64,000 bases of DNA from Candidatus Bathyarchaeia archaeon (GCA_049516875.1 JBEKSS010000002.1:199336-263335); one strand, 5' to 3'; shown: positions 8,706 to 19,599, counted from the stretch's first letter. Notes: generated by a model from the sequence alone, not told the origin. Translations and numbers: made by a program.

Positions 8706-10619
8706 TCACTGTTTGTTCGCTTGTTCAAGTCTCTTTTTGACTAATTCACTCACAAGTGTTGCGTTGGCTTTGCCTCGAACTTCTTTCATTACAACACCTA
8801 TCAGCGGTCCAAAGGCGTTTACTCCCCGCTGTTCAATCAAGCTTCTGTTGCGCTCAATTATGGAATCAATGATTTTCTCAAGCTCTTCCCTCGAGAGCAT
8901 CTTTAACCCGATGTTATCGACTGCTTCCTCCACGGTCTTGTCCTCATGCAATGAAAGCCAATTGACGATTTCAGGGATGGCCTCTTTCGTCAATCCTCCT
9001 GAACCCACGGCCTTGAAAATTTCCCTTATCGTGTTCTCAGAGATCTTTTCGACGCAGACGCCGTCACGTTTCAGTGCTTTTGCCGTTTCTGTCATGAAGG
9101 CTGCAACGGTTGTTGGCGAGACATTGCTCTCTTTTACGATGGTTTCGAACAACTCGCCATTTTCGGAATCAAGTACTTGTTTGGCCAATTTCTGATTCAG
9201 CCTGTGCACTTTGATGAGCCGTTCGAGTTTCTGTTCTGGGAGTTCTGGCAGGCGAAGGCCAACTTTTCTCACGAAGTCTTCGGTTATCTGTATAGGTGGG
9301 ATGTCCGTTTCGGGATACATTCTTGCTGCTCCTGGGCGAGGCCTCATGTACTTGGTCGTTCCATCAGGGTTTGGTGCACGAGTCTCCGCTGGTACGCCCT
9401 TTAAGGCTTCTCGGGCTCTTTCCACGACGGCTTTCAATGCGTCCTTGGCGTTTTCAGCCTTGTCCGCAACGAACACCACTGCGTCTTCATCTTGTGCTTT
9501 GACCATTTTTCTCAGTTCTTCAACCTCTTCTGTCGTGATCCCGTACGCTGGCATTTCATCTGTGTGGAATATGCCGCCGACTCTCCCCCAGAATCTGGCT
9601 CTGTCAGCAATTTCTGTTCCGAGGCGAAACCCCGGCATCAGTTCTCGCTTCAAGAAACCTTTGAATTTCAGCAGTTTCACCGCTAAGACTTGCCGGTTTC
9701 CATCCAAGGCTTTCCGGACTACCTTGCACTTTGTCCGCTTGAAAACATGGCTAACGTCGAAGAATTCCTCTTTCAGATTCTCTTGTTTCACTCCTGCCTT
9801 GTTCAGCTCCTCAGTGATTCTTATGAGGCTCAGTTGACGTTGAACCTCGTACTCCACGACCAGAGGAACGAGTTCAAGCTCTTGAAGGCCCTTGATCTCC
9901 ATGAGTGCGCCGTTTGGAATTGATATGTTTATGTCTTGGCGTATCGTGCCCAAGCCGCGTATCACTCTTCCTGTAGCTCTCAAGATTCTTCCAATCGCAA
10001 AAGCGACTTCTTCTGCTTCTTTCGGCGATTTTATGACTGGTGCGGTTGCAATCTCTATCAGTGGTATGCCCAGACGGTCTATGCGATAACGAGTTATGTT
10101 GCTTTCTTCCTCTCCAGTTTTCCTCGCTGCGTCCTCTTCTAAGCCAGCATGTTGAATGGGAACGGTTTTTTCTCCTACCTTTATCTCGCCGTTTAAAGCT
10201 ATTACACATGTTCTCTGGAAACCCGTTGTGTTGGAACCGTCTATCACCGTCTTGCGCATTACATGAATTTCATCAACAGGTTTGGCCTTCATCATCAAGG
10301 CCACGGTCAGGATTGTTTCAACGGCTTCTGGGTTTAACGGGTGAGGCGGCTCCTCATCCATTTCAACGAGGCACGAGGTTGTCCTGTTCGCCTCGTAAAG
10401 GATTCTCACCCCTTTCTGAAACTCGAAATAAGCCGCGGGATCCACTTGGCCAAGCTCGCTTTGGGTAGGTCTGAGTCCCCGGAGAAAAGTTATTTCTGGT
10501 TCTTCCTTGAAAAGTGCCGGTTTGCAGTTGCAGAACAATTTTGCAGAAGTATTCAGCTGCTGGTGGATTTCCAAGCCGACTTTCAAACCGACCTTCTCAT
10601 AGTCTATTTCCAATGTCAC
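8706..10619 (-). CDS. gatE: Glu-tRNA(Gln) amidotransferase subunit E
   Basis: KVGLEIHQQL, MRKTVIDGSNTTGFQRT, LEEDAAR, RGLGTIRQD, RPRPGAARMYPETD. Confidence 0.97.
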   Translation of the reverse strand: MTLEIDYEKVGLKVGLEIHQQLNTSAKLFCNCKPALFKEEPEITFLRGLRPTQSELGQVDPAAYFEFQKGVRILYEANRTTSCLVEMDEEPPHPLNPEAVETILTVALMMKAKPVDEIHVMRKTVIDGSNTTGFQRTCVIALNGEIKVGEKTVPIQHAGLEEDAARKTGEEESNITRYRIDRLGIPLIEIATAPVIKSPKEAEEVAFAIGRILRATGRVIRGLGTIRQDINISIPNGALMEIKGLQELELVPLVVEYEVQRQLSLIRITEELNKAGVKQENLKEEFFDVSHVFKRTKCKVVRKALDGNRQVLAVKLLKFKGFLKRELMPGFRLGTEIADRARFWGRVGGIFHTDEMPAYGITTEEVEELRKMVKAQDEDAVVFVADKAENAKDALKAVVERAREALKGVPAETRAPNPDGTTKYMRPRPGAARMYPETDIPPIQITEDFVRKVGLRLPELPEQKLERLIKVHRLNQKLAKQVLDSENGELFETIVKESNVSPTTVAAFMTETAKALKRDGVCVEKISENTIREIFKAVGSGGLTKEAIPEIVNWLSLHEDKTVEEAVDNIGLKMLSREELEKIIDSIIERNRSLIEQRGVNAFGPLIGVVMKEVRGKANATLVSELVKKRLEQANKQ

Positions 10620-10644
10620 TCAGCCCCTTCCATTCAACGTCCAC

Positions 10645-11967
10645 TCATTCTGGAACAGTGCGCGGTGAAATCTCGCCCGCAACGCTTGTCTTCAAAAGTC
10701 TCTTGGCCTCCTCTACGTCTTGTGTTTGCCCTAAAACCCACATGAGCTTAACAAGAGCTGTCTCAGGAAGCATGTCCTCTAAGGGAATCACGCCCTGCGC
10801 CTGCAAGTCGCGGCCTGCGTCATAAACGTTCATGTTAACCCTTCCCCAAATGCACTGAGATGTCATTGCAACAACAACGTTTTTCTCGACGGCTTTTCGC
10901 ACAGCTTCGAGACTCTTCGTGCTAATATGGCCTAGACCTGTTCCTTCAAGAATCATTCCTTTATAGCCTTCATCCACAAACCAGTCTATCACTGCAGGGT
11001 TCATGCTTGGGTAAAACTTGATCAGGGCAACTTTTTCGTTGAATTCTGGCTTCAACGCAAGTTTATCTGAGGAACAACGCTTTCTGTAATCCCCTGTCAG
11101 CATGGTTATTTCTCGGTTTTTTATTCTTGCAATGGGCGTTGCGTTCACAGATTTGAACGCGTCTCTTCTGCTTGTGTGGCATTTCCTCACTTTTGTCCCC
11201 CTGTGAAACACTATGGAGTCGTCTGACGTTGTTTCATGCATCGCAACCGTAACTTCTGCGAAGGGTCCTTTTGCCGCCGCTGTAACCGCTCCTATGACAT
11301 TTGTTGCTGCATCCGAACTCGGCCGATCTGCTGAGCGTTGCGAACCCACAATTACCACTGGAACGGGAAGGTTTTGCAATGCAAAGCTGAGGGCTGCCGC
11401 CGTGTAGCCCATGGTGTCTGTTCCATGAGCTATGACAACGCCGTCCACGCCTTCTGCAACTTGGTTGGCCACGACTTTGGCGAGTTCTTTCCAATGTTGT
11501 GGGGTTATGTTTTCGCTGAAAAGACTGAACAATATCTGAGTGTCTATTCGGGCTATGCCTGCCAGTTCCGGCACGACACTGTAGAGGTCGCTCGCCGTCA
11601 GGGCGGGTCGCACGCCGCCTGTTCTGTAATCCACTCGGCTGGCTATGGTTCCGCCTGTGCTTATTATGGTGACTCTTGGCAATTGTGGATTCTGTTTGGG
11701 TTGGGGCGGAGCTGCAAAGGTGGGTTTTGTTCCTTTCCCTATTTTCTCTATCGTAGTGTCTGTTGTTATTTTTATGCCGATGTTGTAGCCGTTTTTCAGT
11801 TTTACGACAATGTGAGTTTCATCGCCGTACTCCGAGCGCGGAATCAAGATTCCTTCGTAGACCTCACTTTTTCTCGTCACACGTATAATGTCACCCACTT
11901 CGGCTGCGACTTTCATTATGCTTGCCAATGCTTCTCCTTTGTAGCCTGAAAATCCCTTTTCACTCAT
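10645..11967 (-). CDS. gatD: Glu-tRNA(Gln) amidotransferase subunit D
   Basis: KLKNGYNIG, STGGTIASRVDYRTGGV, HGTDTM, GSQRSADRPSSD, KCHTSRRDAF. Confidence 0.97.
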   Translation of the reverse strand: MSEKGFSGYKGEALASIMKVAAEVGDIIRVTRKSEVYEGILIPRSEYGDETHIVVKLKNGYNIGIKITTDTTIEKIGKGTKPTFAAPPQPKQNPQLPRVTIISTGGTIASRVDYRTGGVRPALTASDLYSVVPELAGIARIDTQILFSLFSENITPQHWKELAKVVANQVAEGVDGVVIAHGTDTMGYTAAALSFALQNLPVPVVIVGSQRSADRPSSDAATNVIGAVTAAAKGPFAEVTVAMHETTSDDSIVFHRGTKVRKCHTSRRDAFKSVNATPIARIKNREITMLTGDYRKRCSSDKLALKPEFNEKVALIKFYPSMNPAVIDWFVDEGYKGMILEGTGLGHISTKSLEAVRKAVEKNVVVAMTSQCIWGRVNMNVYDAGRDLQAQGVIPLEDMLPETALVKLMWVLGQTQDVEEAKRLLKTSVAGEISPRTVPE

Positions 11968-13610
11968 TCTTGATTCTCCAACGTTTTTGACATGTAAACT
12001 CCATCGTACTTGTAGCCAAGTCGCTTATAGTACTGTTTTGTGCCGAGGGCACTTATAACTAGAATCTTTTTTAGATCATAGTCCTCTCTAGTTATGCTTT
12101 CTGCTTTGGCCAGTAGGATGCTGCCGTAGCCTTTGTGTTGCCACGCGTTGTCAAAGTGTTTGCCAACCGGGACTAGGGATCCGTATACGTGGAGTTCCCG
12201 CACTATGGAACATGGTTTCGCTTTCACTTCCTGTCTGTGAGCCTTTTCCGAAGGGATTCTTAACCTCAGGTACCCTATCAAAACATCATTCTTCAAATCT
12301 TCCGCCGAAATGAAGATCTCCTCGCCTTCAGAAGCCTCGTAGTGCGTCGTGAGAATGTCCACTTCATGTGGGTCGAGTTTCACCTTGCTTCCTGTTCGGT
12401 GGCCTACTTCTCTGCAGCGTATGCATTCGCATTTTGTGCCTTCCTCTGTCAGCTTCCGTTGCACTAGTTGTCTCAGGTTGCTTCTGTTCACTCCCGCAAC
12501 GATTAATGGCGCAGGAATGTCTCGCTGGACACGCATGATGCGCACCCATCTCGGAACGTTCTTCTTGATTTCTGTAATAAGGTCTACTGCCTCCTCGTTT
12601 GTATAAGGCCTGAACACATCCTCGAGGTACCATTTGTAGGCCCTTGTGTTTTTCAAGACTAAGCACGGGTAAATCTTTATCATGTCAGGCTTGAAACGGG
12701 GATCCGTAAAGATTCTCTTGAATGCTTGCAAGTCTCTTTTTCGGTTTGAGCCGGGAAGCCCCGGCATCAAGTGGTAGACTATTTTCAGTCCGGCGTCTTT
12801 CATTATTCGTGTGGATTCAACAACGTCTCGAACCGTGTGTGTTCTGCCGACTAAGCGGTATATCTTGTCGTTGGGATTTTGAACACCCATTTCCACACGG
12901 GTTACGCCCATGCTCAGCATATGGTCTACGTGGATTTCCATAGCCCAGTCTGGCCGCGTTTCCACGGTTATGCCGACGTTGCGCTTCTTGCTTCTTTCCG
13001 CGTTCTTTTTTGCTTCTTCAAGACTTCTTGCTTCTTTTCCAGTGATGGCGTCGAGGCAACGTTGTACAAACCATGTTTGGTAGTCCAGAGGCGTGGCGGG
13101 AAAAGTTCCACCCATTATGATGAGTTCTATCTTGTCAACGTTGTGCCCTATGGCTTGTAATTGTTCGATGCGGGATTTGACCTGCAGGAACGGGTTAAAG
13201 TCGTTCTGCAGTCCGCGCATGGCTGCGGGTTCAAAACCGGTATAGCTCTGCGGGACGCCCATCGCAGGTCCTCCTGGACAGTACGCACAGGGCTCGGCTT
13301 GTGGACAAGGATACGGCTTTGTCATTGCCGCTACTACTGTGACACCGGAGATTGTGCGTGTGGCCTTCCTTCTCAGAAGTGCCAATAGTTTGCGTTTCTC
13401 TTCAGTTCTTAGTAAGCGTATCATTTCGGAGTTTGACGGTACTCTTTGCAGGTGATATTTGATGGCAACCTGGTTTTTGAGACAACTCAAATCGTGATAA
13501 CTAGGTGAAGGGCTACTCATTAGGGTTTCAATGATTTCTCTCAGAGGCTTGTTTGAATTCACGTTGAAGCAACCACAGTCAACTAGGTGTGGAGCGTGCA
13601 AATAAACCAC
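11964..13610 (-). CDS. elp3: Elp3 tRNA U34 acetyltransferase (radical SAM + GNAT); start uncertain
   Basis: RTISGVTVVA.MTKPYPCP...CAYCPGG, PQSYTG.EPA, MGGTF, ETRPD, RELHVYG, WQHKGYG. Confidence 0.95.
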   Translation of the reverse strand: MVYLHAPHLVDCGCFNVNSNKPLREIIETLMSSPSPSYHDLSCLKNQVAIKYHLQRVPSNSEMIRLLRTEEKRKLLALLRRKATRTISGVTVVAAMTKPYPCPQAEPCAYCPGGPAMGVPQSYTGFEPAAMRGLQNDFNPFLQVKSRIEQLQAIGHNVDKIELIIMGGTFPATPLDYQTWFVQRCLDAITGKEARSLEEAKKNAERSKKRNVGITVETRPDWAMEIHVDHMLSMGVTRVEMGVQNPNDKIYRLVGRTHTVRDVVESTRIMKDAGLKIVYHLMPGLPGSNRKRDLQAFKRIFTDPRFKPDMIKIYPCLVLKNTRAYKWYLEDVFRPYTNEEAVDLITEIKKNVPRWVRIMRVQRDIPAPLIVAGVNRSNLRQLVQRKLTEEGTKCECIRCREVGHRTGSKVKLDPHEVDILTTHYEASEGEEIFISAEDLKNDVLIGYLRLRIPSEKAHRQEVKAKPCSIVRELHVYGSLVPVGKHFDNAWQHKGYGSILLAKAESITREDYDLKKILVISALGTKQYYKRLGYKYDGVYMSKTLENQE

Positions 13611-13710
13611 GCTGGGACGAACCTGAAGTCTTTCAGGCGAAGTTTATTTCGGGACTGCAAAAAAAGCGAAGGATGAAAATAAGCCAGTGTTGAACCAGAG
13701 GCATCTTCTT

Positions 13711-14313
13711 TTATCTTGAAGCTTGGGCTACTCTTTCGAGTTCGTGTCGTTTTGCAACGGCGAAGCTCTTCATGTCATGGTTGCCAGCCAGTATTAGCTC
13801 TTCGGCGAGGCATTCTTCTATAGAGCGTGGATTGTTTACTGCTGCTTGTCTTGCTCCGTCTGCGAGGTGTCGTATCGCTAGGTCGACTCTTCTCTGGGGA
13901 GCGATGTCCACTGATTGGTGGTAGACGATGCCGCCCATGCTGATGCGTGTCGTGTCTTCGCAGGGAGCAGAGTTCTCCACGGCCTTGATCAAGACTTCTA
14001 CAGGGTTTTTGCCTGTGCGCAGGTTAACTATTTCGAACGCGTGGTCCACCATGTTCATTACCTTGGCTTTTTTTCCAGCGTTCTTTCCAGGACGCATTAG
14101 GTTGTTTGCAAGTCTTTCGACTATGCTTATGCTTGCCTTCCGGAAGCGCTTGTGCTCGTGTCTTCCCATGCTGTGAGGAATAACAACGGGTTTCAGTGAA
14201 ACGTATCTCTGCAATCCTAAGTCTTTGACTTCGATGTTCTTGAAACTCCATTTTCCAAAAAGCTTTACTTCTCTTTCCTGTTTTTCTTCCTGCTTCTGAC
14301 TCAAAACTCTCAC
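13711..14313 (-). CDS. rps7: 30S ribosomal protein S7 (uS7), archaeal type
   Basis: [47 protein letters not shown]. Confidence 0.97.
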   Translation of the reverse strand: MRVLSQKQEEKQEREVKLFGKWSFKNIEVKDLGLQRYVSLKPVVIPHSMGRHEHKRFRKASISIVERLANNLMRPGKNAGKKAKVMNMVDHAFEIVNLRTGKNPVEVLIKAVENSAPCEDTTRISMGGIVYHQSVDIAPQRRVDLAIRHLADGARQAAVNNPRSIEECLAEELILAGNHDMKSFAVAKRHELERVAQASR

Positions 14314-14750
14314 CGGGCTGGCTTCTGCTTCCTTCCGTACACAAGTTCGTTCAGAGATACGCCGTTGACCGTTATGACCTTCCAGCGTACTCCGGGAATG
14401 TCGCCCATGCTTCTTCCGCGTGAGCCGCCTATTCCTTCGACTAGGACTTCATCGTGCTCGTCTACGACGTTCAGTGCGCCGTCTCCGGGCAAGAAGGCCG
14501 TGATAAGTCTGCCGTTCTTGATCAGTTGTGTTCTGACGCACTTTCTTATGGCGCTGTTGGGCTGTTTGCTTTCCACGCCGACTTTTTCAAGAACTATGCC
14601 GCGTCCCATGGGAGACCCTTGAAGCGGATCTGCCTTGACGTCCAGTCTCAAGATTCTGCGGTTGTAGTACATGCTGCTCCAGCGGAACTTCTTGCGTTTC
14701 TCAACAAGCGCTCTTGCAGCGAATTCGCCTCTTGGAGACTTGGAACCCAT
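14310..14750 (-). CDS. rps12: 30S ribosomal protein S12 (uS12), archaeal type
   Basis: [39 protein letters not shown]. Confidence 0.98.
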   Translation of the reverse strand: MGSKSPRGEFAARALVEKRKKFRWSSMYYNRRILRLDVKADPLQGSPMGRGIVLEKVGVESKQPNSAIRKCVRTQLIKNGRLITAFLPGDGALNVVDEHDEVLVEGIGGSRGRSMGDIPGVRWKVITVNGVSLNELVYGRKQKPAR

Positions 14751-14970
14751 GGATCAGTTTTCCTCTCGCTACGTCTAATCGCAATCCTGATATTTAAACT
14801 GAGCTACGGAGGTTGGAGACGTCTTCTCGCACAATCCCACTCCTTTTTCTTCGTTCGTTTCAAGTGCCCCGTGCTTTCTCCAATGGCTCACCTGGACCCT
14901 CAACATTGTCAGAACGCCGTTTGCAGTTTCCTGGGCTAGGCTTGGTCCGGACAGGTTAGTCGCATAGGCT

Positions 14971-15162
14971 TCAGCTTCGTTTATTCCATTCTGAGCCTGT
15001 GATTTTCTTGAAAATGCTCTGCAATACCCTGTCCGTGTGGGAATCGGGGTCATAACCATACACTTCAAAGTTCTCGGATACGAGTTCCGCGATCTGGGCG
15101 AGTTCTTCATCCGTTAATTCCACCTTGGATTTCATACTTTCACCATCTACCCTCCAACTCAT
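14971..15162 (-). CDS. Small hypothetical protein (probably starts at MKSKVEL)
   Basis: Protein-like composition, co-oriented with neighbours. Confidence 0.5.
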   Translation of the reverse strand: MSWRVDGESMKSKVELTDEELAQIAELVSENFEVYGYDPDSHTDRVLQSIFKKITGSEWNKRS

Positions 15163-15187
15163 GCGGTAACCATAGCGCCCGCTGTCT

Positions 15188-15484
15188 TTATATTATGAAC
15201 AGTAGTAGCACCGAGGTGATTAGACAGAACAGTCCTAAGAGGAACATCACCGCGGTGGTTGTCCATAGTTTTTTGCGCGTGGGATATATGCTGTAGAAGA
15301 AAATAGAAAAAGCTGACACGAGGAATGCGGTCGCTCCTAACAGCAACGTGAACTTCAGCACATATGGGGTGTTTTCGTTAGAAAGGCCAGTGACCTGCAG
15401 GACTGCCAGACTCAGCGCCGCCAGGGTTCCGGGGTAAGAAGCGTTTATGATGGGTTTTATGAATTTCTCTTCAAAGTCTTCCAT
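15188..15484 (-). CDS. Small hypothetical membrane protein (3 TM)
   Basis: Three hydrophobic segments; AGGAG upstream. Confidence 0.7.
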   Translation of the reverse strand: MEDFEEKFIKPIINASYPGTLAALSLAVLQVTGLSNENTPYVLKFTLLLGATAFLVSAFSIFFYSIYPTRKKLWTTTAVMFLLGLFCLITSVLLLFII

Positions 15485-15953
15485 GGGTCAGCGTTCTCCT
15501 AACTTGTTTACAAGTTGAGATATTGGTTTGTTAAGGCATTAAGCTTTTGTGAAAAACAGCTGGAGAACCTAACATCACACGTAGTTGCCGGAACAACGAG
15601 TGTGGGCATTTCCCTAGTTCTGTAGGATGTGGTTGTTGCTTATCTTTCCAATCCCACTCTTTTTCCTGATTCCTTGCTCGGCTTAGGATTGCCACAACGC
15701 TTGACGAGCCCGACATGATAAGTGAACCAATACGAAGTTACCAACAGGTCTCTGAAAAGCCTTTTCATGGTCGTAAGCGATAACTCGAACCAAACGTGAA
15801 CCAGAATAACTGAACGAACTGAGCACACGAGCAAAGACCCTGTTCAGTTACTATCTATTGCTCGGTAGCTCTGTCGCACGCTAGGATAGGACGGATCGCA
15901 ACTTGGTCGTGACGACGTTTTGCTGCAGGTTCTCAAAGGTTTTAAGGAACTGA

Positions 15954-17216
15954 ATGGCATTCACAGAACAAGGAAGGTCTGGCAAGTTGAGATACAGAGA
16001 TTTTGTTGATTTGAAATACGAGCCGAAAGAAGCAGAGGTTGTTTGCGATTTTTATGTGGAGCCTGCAGGCGTTGATATTGATGAAGCGGCCGGAGGCGTC
16101 GCCGCTGAAAGTTCAGTGGGGACGTGGACAGAGATTTCGACAGTGAAACCTTATGTTCTCAAACTCGCGGCTCACGTGTTCAGCATGGAAGGCAACTCTG
16201 TCAAGATAGCTTATCCTTTGCAGCTTTTCGAGTCAGGAAGCATGCCGAACATACTGAGCAGTGTCGCGGGGAACGTTTTCGGGTTGAGAGCCTTGAAAAA
16301 CCTGAGACTCAACGATATTCTTTTTCCGCGAGAACTTATCCGAAGCTTCAAGGGGCCGAAATACGGTGTTAAGGGAATACGGAAGCTCTTGAAGGTTAAT
16401 GATCGACCGTTGGTAGGCACGATTATCAAGCCTAAGCTTGGACTGAGAACAATAGATCATGCGAAGGTCGCCTATGATGCTTGGGTTGGAGGATGCGACA
16501 TCGTTAAGGATGACGAGAATCTCGGCAGTCAAACGTTTAATCCGTTTGAAGATCGCCTTGCAAAAACCTTGGAAAGCCGAGATCGAGCTGAAGAAGAAAC
16601 TGGGGAAAAGAAAGTCTACGTGGTCAACATCACGGCTGAGACGAATGAAATGTTGAAAAGAGCAGAAGCTGTCGTGAGCCACGGCGGAGAATACGTGATG
16701 ATTGACATTTTAACATGCGGTTTTGCTGCCTTGCAAACGTTTCGGGATCGAGACTTCGACCTCATCATTCACGCGCATAGGGCCGGCCACGCGGCGTTCA
16801 CCAAAAATCCCAAACACGGGATTTCGATGCGTGTAATAGCCAAGGTCGCAAGGATTTTGGGTGTGGATCAGCTTCATGTTGGAACCGTTGTTGGAAAAAT
16901 GTCTGAAACTGCGGAGGAAGTGGCAGAGAACCGTGATGCGTTAACGATGGAAATGGGCGGGCTGAAACCGGTGTTGCCCGTTGCCTCTGGAGGGCTTCAC
17001 CCAGGACTCGTTCCCGCGCTGGTCAAGTTTTTTGGAAAGGATTTTGTGATCCAAGCCGGTGGAGGCATCCATGGCCACCCCGACGGAACTACTGCAGGGG
17101 CAAGGGCTATGCGGCAAGCGGTCGATGCGACGATGCATAATGTATCATTGGACGCGTACGCCAAGAGACACGAGGAGCTAGAGGCAGCCTTGGAAACTTG
17201 GGGACAAACCGCTTAG
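15954..17216 (+). CDS. rbcL: Form III RuBisCO large subunit
   Basis: AAESSVGTWT, GTIIKPKLGL, catalytic IVKDDEN, IHAHRAGH, PVASGGLHP, QAGGGIHGHP. Confidence 0.95.
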   Translation: MAFTEQGRSGKLRYRDFVDLKYEPKEAEVVCDFYVEPAGVDIDEAAGGVAAESSVGTWTEISTVKPYVLKLAAHVFSMEGNSVKIAYPLQLFESGSMPNILSSVAGNVFGLRALKNLRLNDILFPRELIRSFKGPKYGVKGIRKLLKVNDRPLVGTIIKPKLGLRTIDHAKVAYDAWVGGCDIVKDDENLGSQTFNPFEDRLAKTLESRDRAEEETGEKKVYVVNITAETNEMLKRAEAVVSHGGEYVMIDILTCGFAALQTFRDRDFDLIIHAHRAGHAAFTKNPKHGISMRVIAKVARILGVDQLHVGTVVGKMSETAEEVAENRDALTMEMGGLKPVLPVASGGLHPGLVPALVKFFGKDFVIQAGGGIHGHPDGTTAGARAMRQAVDATMHNVSLDAYAKRHEELEAALETWGQTA

Positions 17217-17223
17217 CGGCCCT

Positions 17224-18153
17224 TTACTTGAAAACCCATGGGTATTTCCTGTGCATTACCTCGGTTATCGAGTGCGGCGAGATTATTCCCTCTTCACATA
17301 TTATGCCGTGAATGAAGTCTCTTCTGGTAACATCGAAGGCTGGGTTTCTAATGGTTAGGTTCTTCGGTGCATCTTTCCAGATTTCACTCGGGTCTCTTTC
17401 TTCTATCTTCTCGTAGTCTCCGTACATGGTTGCTGGGTCAAATTTCAGAAGTTCTGAAACCACGTAGAGGGGTGTCCGCGCTTCTTGAGCCACAAGCGCA
17501 ACCATGCTTGTTCCAACCTTGTTTATCACGTTTCCTTCAGAAGTTATCGCGTCTGCTCCCACGATTGCCAGGTCAACCTGGTTCATGAAGAACCTCGTGG
17601 CTGAGTCAACGATAAACGTCGTTTTAACGTCTAGGTCCAGCATTTCTCTCGCAGTGATCTTTCCTTGAAAAACAGGTCTGGTTTCGGTGCAGATGACTTC
17701 GAAAACCTTCCCGTCCTGTCTGGCTTTCTTCAGGAGGTGAGTAACCGTGGAAGAGTGGCAGTGAGTCAGGATCGTAGAGTTGTTTCTAATCCTTCTGGCT
17801 CCTATCTCGGCAATTCTTTCCTTTGAATCTTCGAGATCTTTCAAGAATTGCTGAGAAGCCAGCGACACTTTTTCAGTCAGTTTTCTTACGTTTTTCTCTG
17901 TGCTCTTTTCCACTTGATTTATGATTAATCTGATGGCATTCCTCATCAGCGGTTCTGTCTCTCTTGAAGCGAAAAGAGTTTCCCTGGCCTTCAGAAGTTC
18001 TTTCAAGAATTCCTTTTTAGTCCTAGCTTTTGTCTGGCTTGCCAATGTCTCCGTCGCGGTTATCGCAGCTATGGCAACGTTTCTTGCACCCTGAACTTCA
18101 AGCTTTCTTATCTTCTCAGCCGCAATCCAAACTGGGTCCTGCAATGCCTTCAC
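17224..18153 (-). CDS. Ribose-1,5-bisphosphate isomerase (eIF-2B-like)
   Basis: EVQGARNVA, SRETEPLMRN, LTHCHSS, ETRP, VGADAI, NKVGT, NPAFDVT; adjacent to RuBisCO. Confidence 0.88.
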   Translation of the reverse strand: MKALQDPVWIAAEKIRKLEVQGARNVAIAAITATETLASQTKARTKKEFLKELLKARETLFASRETEPLMRNAIRLIINQVEKSTEKNVRKLTEKVSLASQQFLKDLEDSKERIAEIGARRIRNNSTILTHCHSSTVTHLLKKARQDGKVFEVICTETRPVFQGKITAREMLDLDVKTTFIVDSATRFFMNQVDLAIVGADAITSEGNVINKVGTSMVALVAQEARTPLYVVSELLKFDPATMYGDYEKIEERDPSEIWKDAPKNLTIRNPAFDVTRRDFIHGIICEEGIISPHSITEVMHRKYPWVFK

Positions 18154-18311
18154 CTAAGCAAATCACAATCTTACCTACTGAATGCACTATAAACTTTCGG
18201 TGACAATACCTTCCTAACGCGACAAACTCCAGTTCTAGTCGGCTTTCGTTAACAGAAAGACATAACTTCTTTTGCAAAAGTATTGTATGGATACTCCAAG
18301 GTGAATGCAAT

Positions 18312-19562
18312 TTGAGAATAGGTTTCTTTGTTTATGAGTATCCACCCAAGCTCGTGGGGGGCTTGGGCACATATGCCCAATATATGACGCGTGAATATGT
18401 TCAGTTGGGTCATGATGTTTCAGTCTTTACGCTTAATCAGGGCGACTTGAAGACAACCGAGATTCTGGAAGGAGTGGATGTCCAGCGGCCATTGATTGCA
18501 GACGCGAGCAACGTTTTTCCGATGTTCGTGGTCGATGATTTGAAAAGATGGGGAACAAACATCAGATTCTTCAACGACATATTCATCTACAACATTCTGA
18601 GTTCAACGAAGTTCCTGAACGAGTTGATCAAGAAAAGAGGCTATCATTTCGATGTAGTGTGCGTCCACGACTGGCTGAGCTGCATTTCAGGGCTCATAAC
18701 AAAAAACGAGACCAAGATACCTGTGGTCTTCCACGTTCACAGCACCGAGTGGGGCAGGAGTGGAGGGCATGGCTCCGAGGTTGTCTCGCATCTTGAAGAG
18801 GCCACGGCTCAAAATGCGGACAGAATAATAACGGTAAGCAACGCAATGCAGGACGATTTGACAAGACACGGTTGGCCTCAGTCAAAAATAAGCGTAGTGT
18901 GGAACGGCGTAGACCCAGACCAGTATGATCCAAAAAAATGCAGAAATGATGATGTGCAGCAGATAAGAGAGGAGTATGGAATCCCCAAGGACTGGAACAT
19001 GATTCTTTTTCTTGGAAGGCTGACATGGGTGAAAAGCGTCAAGAACCTGGTCCAGGCGATGCCCTTGGTCTTCGAGGAGTTTCCAAAGACAAAACTTGTG
19101 ATTCTGGGCAAGGGTGAAGAGCAGAGTGACATCATTGAAATGTCGAACAGGCTTGGAATCAAAGATAAGGTTGTTTATCGGTTTGAGTTTGTCCCGGAAG
19201 CTGAGAGGATACTGCACTATGCCGCGTCAGACGTGTGTATCTTCCCGTCAGTCTACGAACCATTCGGCATAGTAAGCTTGGAAGCAATGTCCATGGAAAA
19301 ACCGGTTGTCGTAGGCGCTCGAGGAGTGGTCGGCTTCCGCGAACAAGTCATCGGCTCAGGCCCCGATCAAAACGGAGTACACGTCAACGGAGAAGACCCT
19401 GCAGACATAGCATGGGGAATAAAAGAAACCCTCAGGGACCCGAAGAAAGCAAAGGTCTGGGGCGAAAACGGACGCAAAAGGGTTCTGGACTATTTCACAT
19501 GGAAAAAAGCCGCTGAAAACACGTTGGAAGTGTACAGCAAGTCAGTCGAAACGGGAGGCTAG
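18312..19562 (+). CDS. GT4 glycosyltransferase (glycogen synthase-like)
   Basis: EYPPKLVGGLG, HDWL, HVHSTEWGRS, FPSVYEPFGIVSLEAM. Confidence 0.9.
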   Translation: MRIGFFVYEYPPKLVGGLGTYAQYMTREYVQLGHDVSVFTLNQGDLKTTEILEGVDVQRPLIADASNVFPMFVVDDLKRWGTNIRFFNDIFIYNILSSTKFLNELIKKRGYHFDVVCVHDWLSCISGLITKNETKIPVVFHVHSTEWGRSGGHGSEVVSHLEEATAQNADRIITVSNAMQDDLTRHGWPQSKISVVWNGVDPDQYDPKKCRNDDVQQIREEYGIPKDWNMILFLGRLTWVKSVKNLVQAMPLVFEEFPKTKLVILGKGEEQSDIIEMSNRLGIKDKVVYRFEFVPEAERILHYAASDVCIFPSVYEPFGIVSLEAMSMEKPVVVGARGVVGFREQVIGSGPDQNGVHVNGEDPADIAWGIKETLRDPKKAKVWGENGRKRVLDYFTWKKAAENTLEVYSKSVETGG

Positions 19563-19599
19563 ACCCGATTATCCTGGTGCCTTAAGAACAGAATATTCT

